From the human T2T-CHM13v2.0 reference genome, Homo sapiens: DNA of 64,000 bases. The notes beneath the pieces were generated by a model. The model was given only the letters and a program-made list of their open reading frames with translations. It was not told where the DNA came from and did no database searches. Location: NCBI RefSeq assembly GCF_009914755.1, contig NC_060927.1, one strand, 5' to 3'. Below are positions 1-14,841 of this stretch, piece by piece; within the stretch, counting starts at the first letter, position 1; every line of letters begins with the position of its first letter. The position numbers were made by a program, and so were the translations under genes.

Positions 1-315
1 TTCACCCACTTTTTGATGGGGTTGTTTGTTTTTTTCTTGTAAATTTGTTTGAGTTCATTGTAGATTCTGGATATTAGCCCTTTGTTGAGATCACATGGAC
101 ACAGGAAGGGGAATATCACACTCTGGGGACTGTGGTGGGGTGGGGGGAGGGGGGAGGGATAGCATTGGGAGATATACCTAATGCTAGATGACGAGTTAGT
201 GGGTGCAGCGCACCAGCATGGCACATGTATACATATGTAACTAACCTGCACAATGTGCACATGTACCCTAAAACTTAAAGTACAATAAAAAACAGAAAAA
301 AAAAAAAAAAAAAAA
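1..315 (+). mobile_element. Young L1 (L1PA2-like) 3' end with 5' inversion; inverted part extends upstream of the window
   Basis: 1-85 is antisense L1 ORF2; 86-315 is sense 3' UTR plus poly(A). GAG at 193-195 (not the L1Hs ACA/ACG) and aaacttaaag point to L1PA2. Confidence 0.85.
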
Positions 316-698
316 CAATGATCAATTTAAGAAAAAAAAAAAAGCAATTTTGGGAGCTTGGACATGAAACATTCTATTCCTCTAATACCAGAATATGAGA
401 AAACAATTTGCTTTCTTTGCTCTCAGATAATGAAAAAATATATTTGGGGAGAAAAAAGTAAAATGGGTTGTTTGGTACCATGATGATAGAACTGTTGATT
501 TGCTAAATATTTGATTCTTTAAAATACGCCTTAGTGCTCTCAAAAAGGTGGAGTCTGGTTTATTAGGGACATGTTATGCATTTCACAAGAAAACAGAACT
601 CTTCCAATAAAACGTCTCCTGAGATCAGATGTCATTGTTCTTATTAAATGTACTGGCCCAATGTATCAGCCGTGAGCTTTAAAAAATTAGAAAATGAA

Positions 699-1030
<332 letters not shown>

Positions 1031-4000
1031 TTAGAGAGTTTCTATTTGTCAGAACTGCCCATAGATCATTTTAATAGGTAAAACCAAGGCAAGTACTACA
1101 CATATTTGTTCACTGCAATTTCTGCAGAATCAGTGGAATACATATTGCTTTCTCTATGAAGAGACAAACATGGTTTTCCTCTCCAATACCTTCATTTCCT
1201 TTTCTTAGTTTTCATATTTGAATGAGTGTGTATGTGTATGTGTAAAAAAATGATGTATACACTCCCACTCATATTGGAAAGAATAGAATACAGATTCCTT
1301 ATTTCTCCATAAACGAATCTCAGAAAAACTTAAATTTCCTATAAACTCATTGTAGGGGAGAATGGATTTGTAGGAACCCATCTCAAAGGGTGTCCCATCA
1401 TTCCCCTTCCCAATGCAGGTCTACTTTAGGTGCGTAGAGATACCTATCTATCTCCATTGATTTGGGAAAATGGCCCCCAGTCTACCTGCTCTGCTCTTGC
1501 TTGGTTCAGATAAATTCCAGAAGAGTAATGGCTCAGCTGAACTCTGAGCTGTGGTTTCACATCTTGCCTTATATGTTGCTGAATCTTGAGGCTCGTGGAC
1601 TTATCACTCATGGACTATTCATAGTATAGCGGTTCTCTTTCCCCAGTAACTTGACTCCATTGTTACTTCAGAACTTCTCAGTCTCAGAAATGCCACCCTT
1701 CAGGCCCTAACATAGACCATCCATGTTAAGGCATCCGTACCAACTCTACCTATTCCCTCACCATAATGGCTCCAGCCCCTCCACAAGTTTGGCCCTCATG
1801 CCTCAGCTCTTCCTCTGGAGGCATCTCAGTACTTCTGGACCCCTCTCCCACTCTGTGTAGGCTTGATGCCTCTCGTGACTACTCTCTTCTTAGACAAAGC
1901 AATCTGATCTCTCGCTCCCCAAATGCAAATGCCTGTTAGCAATTCCTTTTCAGAGGGAATAACTTTCAGGGTATTTAGCAGAAAAAATGCATCACAACAT
2001 GATTTTTAAAAGCAGACCTCAGAAACAACGCAAATAAAACTTTCTAAGTACCTTTTTAGAAAGAACAGAATTTTTAAAAAATTATCTATAAGTGATTGAA
2101 AGGCCACTAACTAAAGCATACCTGATACATATTTTTTGATCCAACACTGGCATTTATCTTACTAGGTACAAAATTCTTTGGAATATTGAGATTCTGATAT
2201 TGCTGTTGACATAGTCAGGATATGAAAACTGTTTTTGCCATGGGGAAAAACAAGTCACTTTGAAGTCAACTTGAAACTGAACAGTGATTGCATTATTCTG
2301 GGCTGAATGTACCCTATTTTTACCTGGGGTGATAAATTTCATGGCCAAGTTGTCACGGTAGAATGAGTAAAAAGAAAGAAATGGACTTACCAGAAAGAAG
2401 AGGTACCCGGGGGAAGTATTTTTAAAATAGATTTTTGGTATCATATATCATGCTTAAATTGGATAGAATGGAAGTATTCTATTCAACATGATTAGTCTAA
2501 TTGATCAATTAATAAGAAAAATCATTTAAGTCATATAAATCATGAAATGTTTTATAAAGATACACTATTTAAGCTGTCGTTCATTTTCCAATATTTTGAA
2601 GTAGGACTAAATTTATTTCAATGAGTTTGCTGATTAAAGAGCTATGTTCCTTTCCTTGTATAAACTATACTCATAATGTATTGTCATTTATTTCCCCGTT
2701 GTTTTTTTTTAAGTGAAATGAGAACTCAGACATATTTGTGAAACAATGCAAGATTACAGTCCTCAGAGATCTTTATTCTCACTCCCAATCTTTTTTATTC
2801 TTCTTTTTCTGCACATAATTCAAGAATATTTTTTGTAACTTGCCTTTATTAGTATTTTGAAACCATTAAACATAGTTTTCATAGGAACCGCTCTCTTTCC
2901 ATGCTCATATTCCATTAGCTTATATAAATAATGAAGGAAGTAATAAAAAGTACACTTAGAAAAAAAACAGATCTGGGAAGAAAAATGATTCTTGATAAGT
3001 ATGCAGCTTATCTGGGGGTAGCAGAAATGTGAGAATACTAGAATATAATTAAGTAGCCTTGGGCATTCCTTAGATGATCAACATAGTGTTATGTTTTATA
3101 ATGAAAAGTATAATTCTTAGTTAATCCAATGGGTTATTTAAGTGGGGACCAGTTAAAAGAGATTCTACTGTATTTACACACTTATTTTTGTCATAGTAAT
3201 TACTATCATGAATATATCGCATATTTCTTTCCTGTTTTCTTTCAGCGCAACTAGATTCATCAGCTTTTGGAGCACCTTCTTGTGGGCACATACTCTGCTA
3301 TGTATTGAGAATATCATGTTGAATAAGGTCTGGTCCCTGAATGCAAAAAGGGTCCAAAAAGGGATAACACACACCATCAATATTTTCTATGCTTAGAATT
3401 CCATAAAGACAAAAATTTAAAATATATGGCTTCAACTATTAGAAATAGTTCCCTATCTCACTTACTTTTATATATTTTTTTGCAGTATTTTATGTAATAT
3501 TTTCTGCATAATTTTGACCAAGTTTTAAAACCATAAAAATAGCTGGATAAAATGTGTGCCCTTATCACTGATTGTCAATCTATATCAGTTACAATTTTTT
3601 CTTATTGTTCTTCACTCCAGTGTGAAGAGTTAAGTTGAAATATCTCTCAATCCCCTGAGATTTCTGATTCATATATGTGGCTCTGAAATACTGTGATAAC
3701 TTTACACCAGCAGAGCGTCCAATGCTATTGCAGATGGTTTTCACTTATGAACTACTGTATGCAACATGCCTTATTCATAACCTCTCCATTAACATGGAAA
3801 ATGAGTAGATAGGTGACATTATCTGACCTTACAGCATTTCTGGTCAATATTAGGCCAGTATTATTTTCTGACTTTCCTTAATTTTTTCAAAATTTATGAC
3901 AAACCAAAAATGAAATAATTATTTAGTGGTTAAAATGGTCCAAATATTTTTTAAAGAAGACTGTATTCTTAAGTCTTTGAAACTAGGACAAATTTTATTT

Positions 4001-4619
4001 GAAGTTTCAAAATTATAAAAGCTTTCAGTATTATACATTTCTTCAGTGGTTCCCTTAACAATAAATTTATGATGTTTTTCAGTCACTTTTTAAGCTCTTT
4101 TTAGTTTCAATTAAGACTTGGTAGAACATATTTTTTAACTCATATATGGAGAATGTAAACTTTAAATAGAAATGTAAATCACTTTCTTTAGAATTTTTTT
4201 TCTACTTATCTTTAGCATGTTTTATTCATTTTAAAATGTCTACCCCAATGCCTGACACTAATTTGGCACTCAGAAAAGTTTATTAAATTTATATATTTGT
4301 ACTGAAATACCATAACTTCATAGGCAAAGCTTCTCTTGTTTTAAATAATTTTTAACATTTTTTTTATTTTTTAAAAAAAGATAACAGAAAAATTAAAAAA
4401 AAGAAGTGTAACGCTAATAGTGAGCTCTAGAGCAATTATCCAGTCCACCTTCTCCAATTTTCAGATGAAACTGAGAGCTGAATAAATTAAGTGATTTGAC
4501 CAATGGCAAATTAATCTGACTTCAAACTCTTAAATGAATTACTAATCCATGTAGCTTATTTGGTTCTAAATTTTGATTTAACCAACAAGAATTAGAACTG
4601 AGCAATTATAAAGGCACTA

Positions 4620-4930
<311 letters not shown>

Positions 4931-5040
4931 AGAAGAAGCAGGAGGAGAAGAAGGAGGATGAGAAGAAGAGGGAGAGGGAGGGGAGGGGGAGGAGGAGGGA
5001 GAGGGGAGCGGAGGGGAGGCGAAGGAGTGAGGGAGAGAAA
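4931..5040 (+). repeat. GA-rich low-complexity tract
   Basis: Near-pure purine run of GGA/GAGG units. Confidence 0.85.
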
Positions 5041-5267
5041 GTTTCCTACCCAGGAAACTTTGAGTAGTATTTGGAAAGGACTAAAATTTGATTCTCAAGA
5101 TCAAGACTGGAGTCTGGGCTGGAAATACTGGTTTGAGTCATTAGCATCCAATCATTATAACTAAAAAACATGTAGTGAATGAAATCACACAAAGAAAGGG
5201 AATAAAACAAAAGAAATAATAGAACTAAGGATAGAGTCCTGATGGAATCATGCTCTTGGTGGAGACG

Positions 5268-5677
5268 TGTATGAGTTCACTTTCTGTTATTTATAAAAGA
5301 ATACCAAAAACTAGGTAATTTATAAAGCAAAGAGACTTATTCTTACAATTATGGAGGCTAAGCCCAGGTTGAGGGCTGGATCTGTGAGAGCCTTCTTACT
5401 GGTGTAGACTCTCCAAGGAGTCCTGAGGTGATGCAGGCTATCAGGTGAGCGGGCTTGGCAGACTCACACACTAGCTCAGATCTCTTCTTCTTCTTATAAA
5501 GCCATTAGTTCCCCTCCCATGACAATGCATTAATCCATTACTCTATGAAGGGATTAATCAATTCATGAGGGCAGAGTCCTCATGATCCAGTTACTTTTCA
5601 TAATCCCATCTCTCAATACTTGCGCATTGGGATTAAGTTTCAACAGGAGTTTTGAAGGGGACATTCAAATCATAGCA
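5268..5677 (-). mobile_element. MaLR solo LTR (MSTC/MSTD/MLT1A-like)
   Basis: TGT...CATAGCA termini, MST-type motifs, 5-bp TSD agacg/agaca. Confidence 0.8.
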
Positions 5678-6299
5678 AGACATATAGGATGAAAATCAAG
5701 AAATGTATATTTTTTAAATCTTGACGGGGGGCACAAGATAATCAAGTAATGAGTAATGGATGGTTTTATATACACTACAGAGACCCAGTTAGAGTGGAGA
5801 ATTAAAAGACATTATTTAAATAAAAAATTCAGAATCACTGGAGATTCTTGCAAAAGTGCTTTTGCTACTAAGGGAGTAGCATATTAAAGGGTCAAAGTGC
5901 AGATTCAAAAGATTTTGAAAAAAATAAAAGAGAAGGGAAGGAAGATAAAAATCAAAGACCAATATTTTCCAGTTTTTCCTGCTACCTTCACAGGTGCTAA
6001 TAGCTATTACTTGAAAAACTATACAGGAAAATGTTGGGACATAGTCCCACAGTGAAATAACTTGGGAAGACAATTTAACATTATTTTTACTGCAAGACTT
6101 CTCAGAAAATTTGTTTGGCAAGTAAGAACAAAAAATATCCACAAGAGTGTGTAATTGGTCATCTAGTTTTTAATAAATGAACATATTTGGGGATTAATAT
6201 TCTACAATAGTTACTTGGGAAATTTTGTTTTGAAAGTTTAAGAAAGCCAAGGTATTTGACACTACACAGAAAGAAAGGAAAGGAAAGAAAAAAGAAGGA

Positions 6300-6617
6300 G
6301 ATCAGTCATGGTGGCTAACACCTGTAATCCCAGCACTTTGGGAGGCCTCAGTGGGTGGATCTCTTGAGCTCTTGATGTCAGGAGTTTGAGACTAGCCTGG
6401 CCAACATGGTGAAACCCCATCTCTGCTAAAAATACAAAAATTAGCCAGGTATGGTGGCACATGCCTGTAATCCCAGCTACTCGGGAGGCCGAGGCACAAG
6501 AATTGCTTGAACCTAGGAGGCAGCAGAGGTTGCAGTGAGTTGAGATTGCACCACTGCACGTCAGCCTAGGTGACAGAGCAAGACTCTGTCTCAAAACAAA
6601 CAAAAGAAAGAAAGAAA

Positions 6618-6658
<41 letters not shown>

Positions 6659-6662
6659 AGAA
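6300..6662 (+). mobile_element. AluS with (GAAA)n tail
   Basis: Alu dimer with a small internal duplication (ctcttgagctcttga) and a GAAA microsatellite tail. Confidence 0.92.
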
Positions 6663-6888
6663 ATAATTTGATAGCTTGAAGAAAAACTTTGTATGAGTTG
6701 AGGCGTGAATTCTTTCTAGCACTGAATAGGTTTAACCAGATTCGAAGTATTAACATTTCAATAGTTTTGTAGGGGAGGAAAACGAATATTTTCCTTATAC
6801 ACTTCTAGGATCTCAGTTGAGGCCTATAAGAAAAGACAGATTAACTAAAAAAAAAACAAAAACAAACAAACAAACAAAAAAAGCATTT

Positions 6889-7206
<318 letters not shown>

Positions 7207-8019
7207 TAAGTCTAATGTGACATGGGATACTCCAAAATGAAATGAAGATCCCAAAGAAAAAATGGTTAAACCTGACTATTTTTATACTAGGTTTGATGAA
7301 GAGTACAAAGTTATGAAAAAATATGGTAGGATTAGGAGGTATGAGATAAGACTGGTAAACTGGGGTTGACTTATCAAGGCTTGTTCATTTAGATACCTCT
7401 CATCCTCTCTCTCTTCATCTTCAGAGATAAGGATGCTGCTTTCTCCCAGGTACAGGAAGGGCACCTCTCATACAAAAGTCTTATGATTTCTTCAGGGAAA
7501 AGTCAGAGTCATTCCCACACTTACTCTTTCTCAAATTCTTTCAGCTTAAAACATTCAATATATCAAGGCACCATATTTTGGGGTAGTATGTTCTGAACCC
7601 TATGATATCTCCATCTGAAACTTTTCCCCAAAGCTTTTACAGCCCAGAAAGTGAGCTGGCAGATTGTCCCATACGTCACTGAACCAGTCTCTCAGTCCTG
7701 GGATTAGATTCCTCTGCTTAAAGAGCTGTGTCTTATTTCTGGACTCAGTAGTATAGGCAGAAGTAGGTTGCCTACCCAAGTTAAACCTCCATGAGGTGTG
7801 AGCAATAAGGCATTTAAGTAGGGGTATTTCTATGAAAACACAAATAAAAAAAGGTTAATTGTTAAAACAAGCTATAAACTCAGTTTTTGAATCCAGAATG
7901 CAATTTAAAAATTTCTAGATATTGAGCTGAAAGTATCCTGAGATGGTGGAGTGACAGTAACAGTGGACATCCAACATATTTTTGGGTTTGCAGTTTGAAT
8001 GCCTCTAGTGATGGCACTG

Positions 8020-8437
8020 TGTCTTAGCCTGTTTGTGTTGCTGTAAAAGAATACCTGAAGCTGGATAACTTACAAAGAAAGAAGGCTTATTTGGCTCACA
8101 GTTCTGTAGGCTGTACAAGAAGCATGGCACCAGCATCTGCTTTTAGTGAAGGCTTCAGGGAACTTCCGCCCATTGGAAGGCAAAGGACAGCAGGCATGTC
8201 AAATGACAAGAGAGAAGGAAAAGAGAGAGGGGAAGAAGGTGCCATGCTCTTTTAAATAATAAGTTCTTATGGGAACAAATAGAGCAAGAGCTTGCTCATT
8301 ACCACAAGAACAGCAGCAAACCATCCATGAGGGGTCTGCCCACATGATGCAAACACCTTCCATTAAGTCCCACCTCCAACATTGTGGATGAAATTTCAAC
8401 ATGAGATTTGGAGGGTAGAAATCTCCAAACTGTACCA
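8020..8437 (-). mobile_element. MSTB-like MaLR solo LTR nested in the ERV internal region
   Basis: MST motifs (ttatttggctcacagttctg, aagcatggcaccagcatctgc). TSD cactg/cacca, both derivable from caccg by CpG decay. Confidence 0.85.
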
Positions 8438-8906
8438 CACCATTATGTTTATTCTCAGAACAAAGTATGGAAGTGCCCAGTTTCAGCTTGCAAGGCTTCT
8501 TTAGGTATTCCAAATAAGGATGTGAGCAATCAGGCTTTAGCTCTCAGAGGTGCCAAATCAGGGGGGTAAAAGAAAAATGTAAAATGTGGAAGAGTTGTAA
8601 CCACATTTTCAAGGAAGCGAACTAATTGAGCAGGATCCATCCAGTTTACAGTAGATAACAAAACTTCAAATCCAATGAACAGGGGGAATGGAATTGTATA
8701 ATTCAGATGATGTGACATTGTTTGCCATTGAAACATAATTTTTGTCTCTATAGTCACCTCCATTTCTATCAAAGATAATCAAAGTAGGACTAATTCGTTT
8801 GCAAACTAAGTCTTTTTTTGTTTATACTTTAAGTATAATAAGCCACATGAACTTGAAAAGCATTTGGGTTAGTTTTTATATTTCTGAGACTTTTAGGAGT
8901 ACTAAA

Positions 8907-9290
8907 TGTGGAGTCCTGAGAAGATAAGTAAGCAGCAACCAGGAAGAGGTCCCAGATGGAGGAGAACAATTGTTCTGAGAAACGGCTAATCACACACAAC
9001 CCACTGGTATGACATCCTATTCCCAAATACCTCATTCTGCACACAGCCCCAGCAGCAAGACCTTATCTGCATACTTTATCTGCATATAGACCCTCCAGTA
9101 CAACCTACCTAGTACTTCCCTTCAGTCCCTGCCTCTTGGCAGACAGCCCTTTCTCTGCTGTGCTGCCCATTGCACTCTTGCAACGTATCTCCTGTCTTTT
9201 CTAATAAATCTGCCTTTCTTCGCCCATGACTGTCTTGGTAAATTATTTTACTGCCCATGACACCAGTCCCAACCAGATGTACCTGTGACA
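8907..9290 (+). mobile_element. MER83-like ERV1 solo LTR, nested
   Basis: TGTGGAGTCCTGA...GTGACA termini with an internal AATAAA; no clear TSD. Confidence 0.7.
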
Positions 9291-9959
9291 ATTTATATAA
9301 GTGTGCATTTATCTCAAAGCCAATTTGAATATAATTTCTTTTGAAAATTTTATAAATGACTATGGTAGAAATTAATTAATTTCTAAAATTAATTTTCAAC
9401 CATTCAGGGATAGAAAGTATTACACATAACATACATACACTCATAAATATACAGACAGATGCCAATAGAGATTTTATAGCTTTCATTGTAAATTTTAGCC
9501 ATAAATGAGGTATAGATACAGAAACACAAAATTTGCTTATTTATATAAGAGTTGATTCTCATCTTTGTCTTATTACATTTCTAGCAGTTGGAGCAAATAA
9601 GTCAAGATTACTTGCTCAATGGAAGCTAAAGCTTTTTTAGCAATATTTGTGAAAAAGACTTTTAAGAATTTCATATGAGCTTGATAAGTAATTTTATGGA
9701 AGCTGTGGACTACATTTGGGGTGAGGGATGCTGTGAAAATATCAACTAGCAGTTTATTTCCAAAATGTCTCCCTTGTTTCTCCATCTGAGTTGAATGCAA
9801 GAGTTACCTTTTTGAAAGTTTGCATTTCCAAAGAGATGGTAAGATTTATATCTCCAAGTGAAAGAGAAATGATGTAGGTTTTCTCCAAGAAGGAATTAAG
9901 AAACATATTTGCTTATTATAGTGTCAGAAATCTAGGGTAATTATAATATAAGATTTTTC

Positions 9960-10339
<380 letters not shown>

Positions 10340-10742
10340 TTATAGAGTCTCATGAAATAAGTGGACTTTATAAGGGACTGTAAAACAGCCTTGCTGGGTT
10401 CCCTGGGGCCTTTTTCAAAGCTATTTGCTGGCTATCCCTTTTAACCTAAGTCTCAGCCTTTCTGAGTGCCTTTTGCAATTCATAACTTTTGTTCTAAGTC
10501 TGAGCTCTACCTCCTAATCTTTTTAAGGGAGTTTTTTGGTGTTTTCATGTGTTTTTCTCAGACCAGTTAAGAAATTGTTTCTTTTTCATTTTTCCTTTCT
10601 TTCAATTTGATATTTCTATAGACACTTAAGGGACATTTGTTTAGAATGGGAGCCCTCAAGAAAGAAAAATCCTTTGGATGTACAAGTCCAAATCTTCAAA
10701 GTATACCTATTCCAATTGTGAATCAAATTCAAGCCCAATTAA

Positions 10743-11090
<348 letters not shown>

Positions 11091-11370
11091 AAGTTTCCAG
11101 ATTTCAGCTGCAGCTTCTGGACTGAGAAAGATGTCCTGGACAATGGTATCTCATCCTTATTACCAGAAACTGTAGGGAGAAAAAATATTTTCCTTCAACC
11201 CTTCTCGGTTCTCTTCTGGGAACTGTAATAAAAGATGAGTTAATGAAAAAAAAGGGTACAAATTTATTTAATATAGGTTTTATGTAGCACTGGAGCTTCA
11301 TAAAGAAATGAAGACCCAAATAAACAGCTAAACCTGAATGTTTTTATACTAGGTTTGAAAAACAAAGTAG

Positions 11371-12076
11371 TAAAACCACCTTTTCACAAATTATATCAGT
11401 GAGAAAATTATGGCAATGGGGGAGATCTGATCTGGTCAATCCTCATCTTGCCTTTGGCCTTCAAAATACCCTTAATTATTTCTGAGATTAAGCCAAGCAA
11501 ACTAATGAGAGACATTTAGTTTGTAGTATAAATGATAACAGCCGTTCCCCAAAACTTAACTGCCTTTGTAAAGCTAATGAGAGACCTCCAGGCTAGGTGA
11601 ATAGAGGAGCCTGAATTCCGCTGAGGTATAGACATAAACAATTGCTAGTCATTATTTTGTAGGTCACAAGATAGGCAATTTCCCTAATTACTCAAGCAGA
11701 TAACATTACTATTGTAGAATTTAAGATTGGCCTTTTGAAACAGCTTTTCAGGTTTTTTTTTTTTTTTTTTTTTTGCAAATCCTTCTACCAATCGCTCCAC
11801 CTGCACCTGCCAACTGCTCCTAAGTGGCCCACTCCAGAAGCCACTCAATGCACAAGAAGACCACTTCCCACCTGCACCCCTGCCCCTTCCCCCAAACTAC
11901 CTTTGAAACCTAGCCTCCAAATGGTTGGAGAGGCTGATTTGAGTAATAATAAAACTCCAGCCTTCTATTTGGTCTACTCAATGTGTGCAAAATTCTTTCT
12001 CTGTTGGAATTCTCCTGCCTTGATAAATTGGCTCTATCTGGGCAATGGGCAATGAAAAACCCTTTGGGCAGTTACA
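11371..12076 (+). mobile_element. LTR8-family (LTR8A/B-like) solo LTR inserted in the 5' LTR of the provirus
   Basis: T(A)AAACCACCTTT...GGGCAGTTACA termini; 4-bp TSD GTAG at 11367-11370 and 12077-12080; host LTR resumes afterwards. Confidence 0.85.
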
Positions 12077-13057
12077 GTAGAAAGCCATGAAAAAATGTGA
12101 TTGGACAAAGTTGTAGGAGCCATGAGTCGTGAGCTAGGGGAACAGCCTCTGTCTTAAAGATAAGGAGGACACTTCTCAAATGAGGGTCTTCCAACTTGCT
12201 CCATGGGAAGGTGAAAAGGTCCTTACTGCACCTCTTGTTTCTCAAATTCCTTCAGCTTCAAACATTCAATATGCCAAAGCACCATATTTTGGGTGAAGCA
12301 TGTTCTGAACCCTATCAATTTTAACTCAGTCTAAATAAAGCACTTCTGAAGCCATGCATACAGTCAAATACTGTCAGGGCCATGCCACAGAATTTCTATT
12401 GATTTTCATTTTCCTCACCAAAACATCAAGGAAAGATGCAACAAAGGGAAAATCTAACAGGCAGTCTTAAGTTAGATGTAATTGCTAAGGCTGATTAAGA
12501 GAAGAGAAAACATGGAGAAAAAAAATCTTAGTAAATACTCTTGCCAGTTTTATACTGTTGCTCATTTTCTGGCATTCCAAAATCTCTTTTGCAGATTTTT
12601 GTGTAAACATTGTTAAAAGGATCCATTGGTTAACAAAGAAAATTTTGTTTTGTAATTTTAATTTTGTTTTATTATTTTAGAATTTAGAAGTATTTTGTTT
12701 TATTTGCTAAACATATTTTTTCCTGTATCAAGTGATTGCTGCTGGGAAAGATCTTCCATCTCTTTTCCCTGTCTCTGGAACATGGTTTTCTCTGTGGCTT
12801 GGCATATTAGAACTGTCCCTTTTAGGCAAACCTTGAATAAGCCTTCTCCTCAAATAATTTGACAGAAACAAAATGGTGTTGTCACCTAAAATCTCACCTG
12901 TACTATATTGACTGTGCGTGAGACTGTAGGTCTCAGAATCATTTCTGAAGAAGCCCCTATGTATTTACCTCAGAAATGTAACCATATTATGGTATCTAAG
13001 ATCATTTAGTTAGTTTATTAGGTAAGCCTTAGTTCTCAATAGAGAACAAAGTGTTAT

Positions 13058-13967
13058 TGATAGAGACAGGAGGCAGGAAAATTCTGGGCAGAAGAGGGCA
13101 GTTCCCTGGTGAGGACGCCATGCTCAAGTCTGGAACCGCAGCCCAAAGTGAGAACAGGCATTCTTGTTTTCCTGCTTGAACGTTGACTTTTCTAAAACCA
13201 CCCGTGGCCCACCCCACCCCCAAGCCTGTAACCGTAAAATCCCCAGGCTCCACCAGCAAAGAAAGAGAGGCAGAGAAGAGGAGAAGCTGCTAGACGTCAG
13301 AAACTACAGTTTGACGTCAGAGACAAGCAGCTTGACTTCAGAGGGTTGGCTTGCCGGTGTTGCTTTGGAGAGGAGTCCAGCCGCGGACAGCTGGATGCTG
13401 GGAGAAGATCACCTTCCTTCTTCCTTCCCTCTCCAGCTCCCCTTCCCGCTGAGAGTCATTTTCATCAGCAATAAAATCTTCCACATTGACAACCCTTCAA
13501 TTCTTTTGTGTGACCTTATTTTTTCCTGGACACCCAATAAGAGCTCAGTGTCACAGGTATGGACACTAAAGGCTGTTATCCTGACCCTCTGCCCTCACTG
13601 GTGGAGAACCACCACCTCACGTGAAAAGCCAGAGGGCCCACTGAGTTGTCTAACACCTAAGCTGTTGTGGATGGCAAAACTAAAAGAGCACTGTAACACA
13701 TGCCCTCTGGGGGCTTTGAGGATTGTGGATACTCCCTGCTAGACACTGCCACAGGCCTTACATGGAATTTTTGCACCTGCCGTGCCCAAAGGCACTTGCC
13801 CTGGATCCTGCACCCTCTCACCTAAATGCTCCCTCCTGCAAGGAGTTGAACACAATGGATTCAAGTAAGTGGAGTTTGACCCTGCTGGCACCAAAGCAGT
13901 GGGCTAGCCCCATTGCCCTCACTCCAGTTCCCATCTGTGAAGGAGTCAGGGGAAATTTCCTGCTTTA
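13058..13967 (+). mobile_element. LTR1-family (HUERS-P2-type) solo LTR
   Basis: Starts TGATAGAGACAGGAGGCAGG, ends ggaaatttcctgcttta, internal AATAAA, flanks ttat/ttaa. Confidence 0.8.
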
Positions 13968-14635
13968 TTAAAAAAATGGAACCTACAATGAATAAATTTT
14001 GTTTTATTCATCAAACACAGAACTCGGAAGAAAAATAGAAGTCAACGAATTCAGTGATTAACAAAATGAATTTAGAAGAATCTCCCTTTTGGTGCCATTG
14101 TTGGGAAAGAGAGACAAGCTGAATCAGTAGGGGTCCTGGCTTCTTGAATTTTTTTTTTTTTCACCTTTGTGTTTCTGTAGGTTTCTTTTTACATTTTGTT
14201 TTTCTTTATTACATGAAAAAGTACTTAAAATAATGATTTAATCTAAATATTTTATATTAAACAAGTAGAAATCATGTTTCTAAGGAAGTAAATTATTTTA
14301 CGAAGTCATAACTCTAATACAAGACATAATTGGAACTAGTACCAGGGTTTCTTGAGTTTTAGTGCACCATGTTTTTTATTTCACTTTTATATTCTGTTGA
14401 AGATCTAAGAGCTCAACTGGAATGCCATAAAGAACATGAAGGCTTGACAAAAATAGAAAAAATGAAAGAAATGAGCTATAAAGAAGGCTGAGATCATTAA
14501 TGGTTATTATTTTCTACTGCATGTTGCCTTCATGTAATTATTCATCCACCTATTTGAATATATTGTGCATGTTGAATAAAGTGATGGAGATGTGATGATT
14601 TTGTTCATAATCCCTGGAGAGTTATTAATCTAGAC

Positions 14636-14841
14636 CAGGTTTTGTCAGACTCAGCCCCAATGAAATTTGGGGCTGAATAATTTGTTGTTGTTGCTGTCCT
14701 TTGCTTCATAAAATGTTAAGCACCATCTCAGCCCTCAACCCACTAGATAACAGAAGAGATATCAGTCATGACAATCAAAAATGTCTCCACATAATGCCAG
14801 ATATCCTTGGGGAGTGACATCATCTTAGCTGAGAATCACTA
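14636..14841 (-). mobile_element. MER20 (hAT-Charlie) DNA transposon
   Basis: MER20 motifs (acaatcaaaaatgtctcca, cccactagat); approximate 8-bp TSD atctagac/atcttgat. Confidence 0.75.

Noticed and set aside
13164-13742. 192-aa ORF
   Set aside because: Lies wholly inside the LTR1-type LTR and has no protein-family resemblance.
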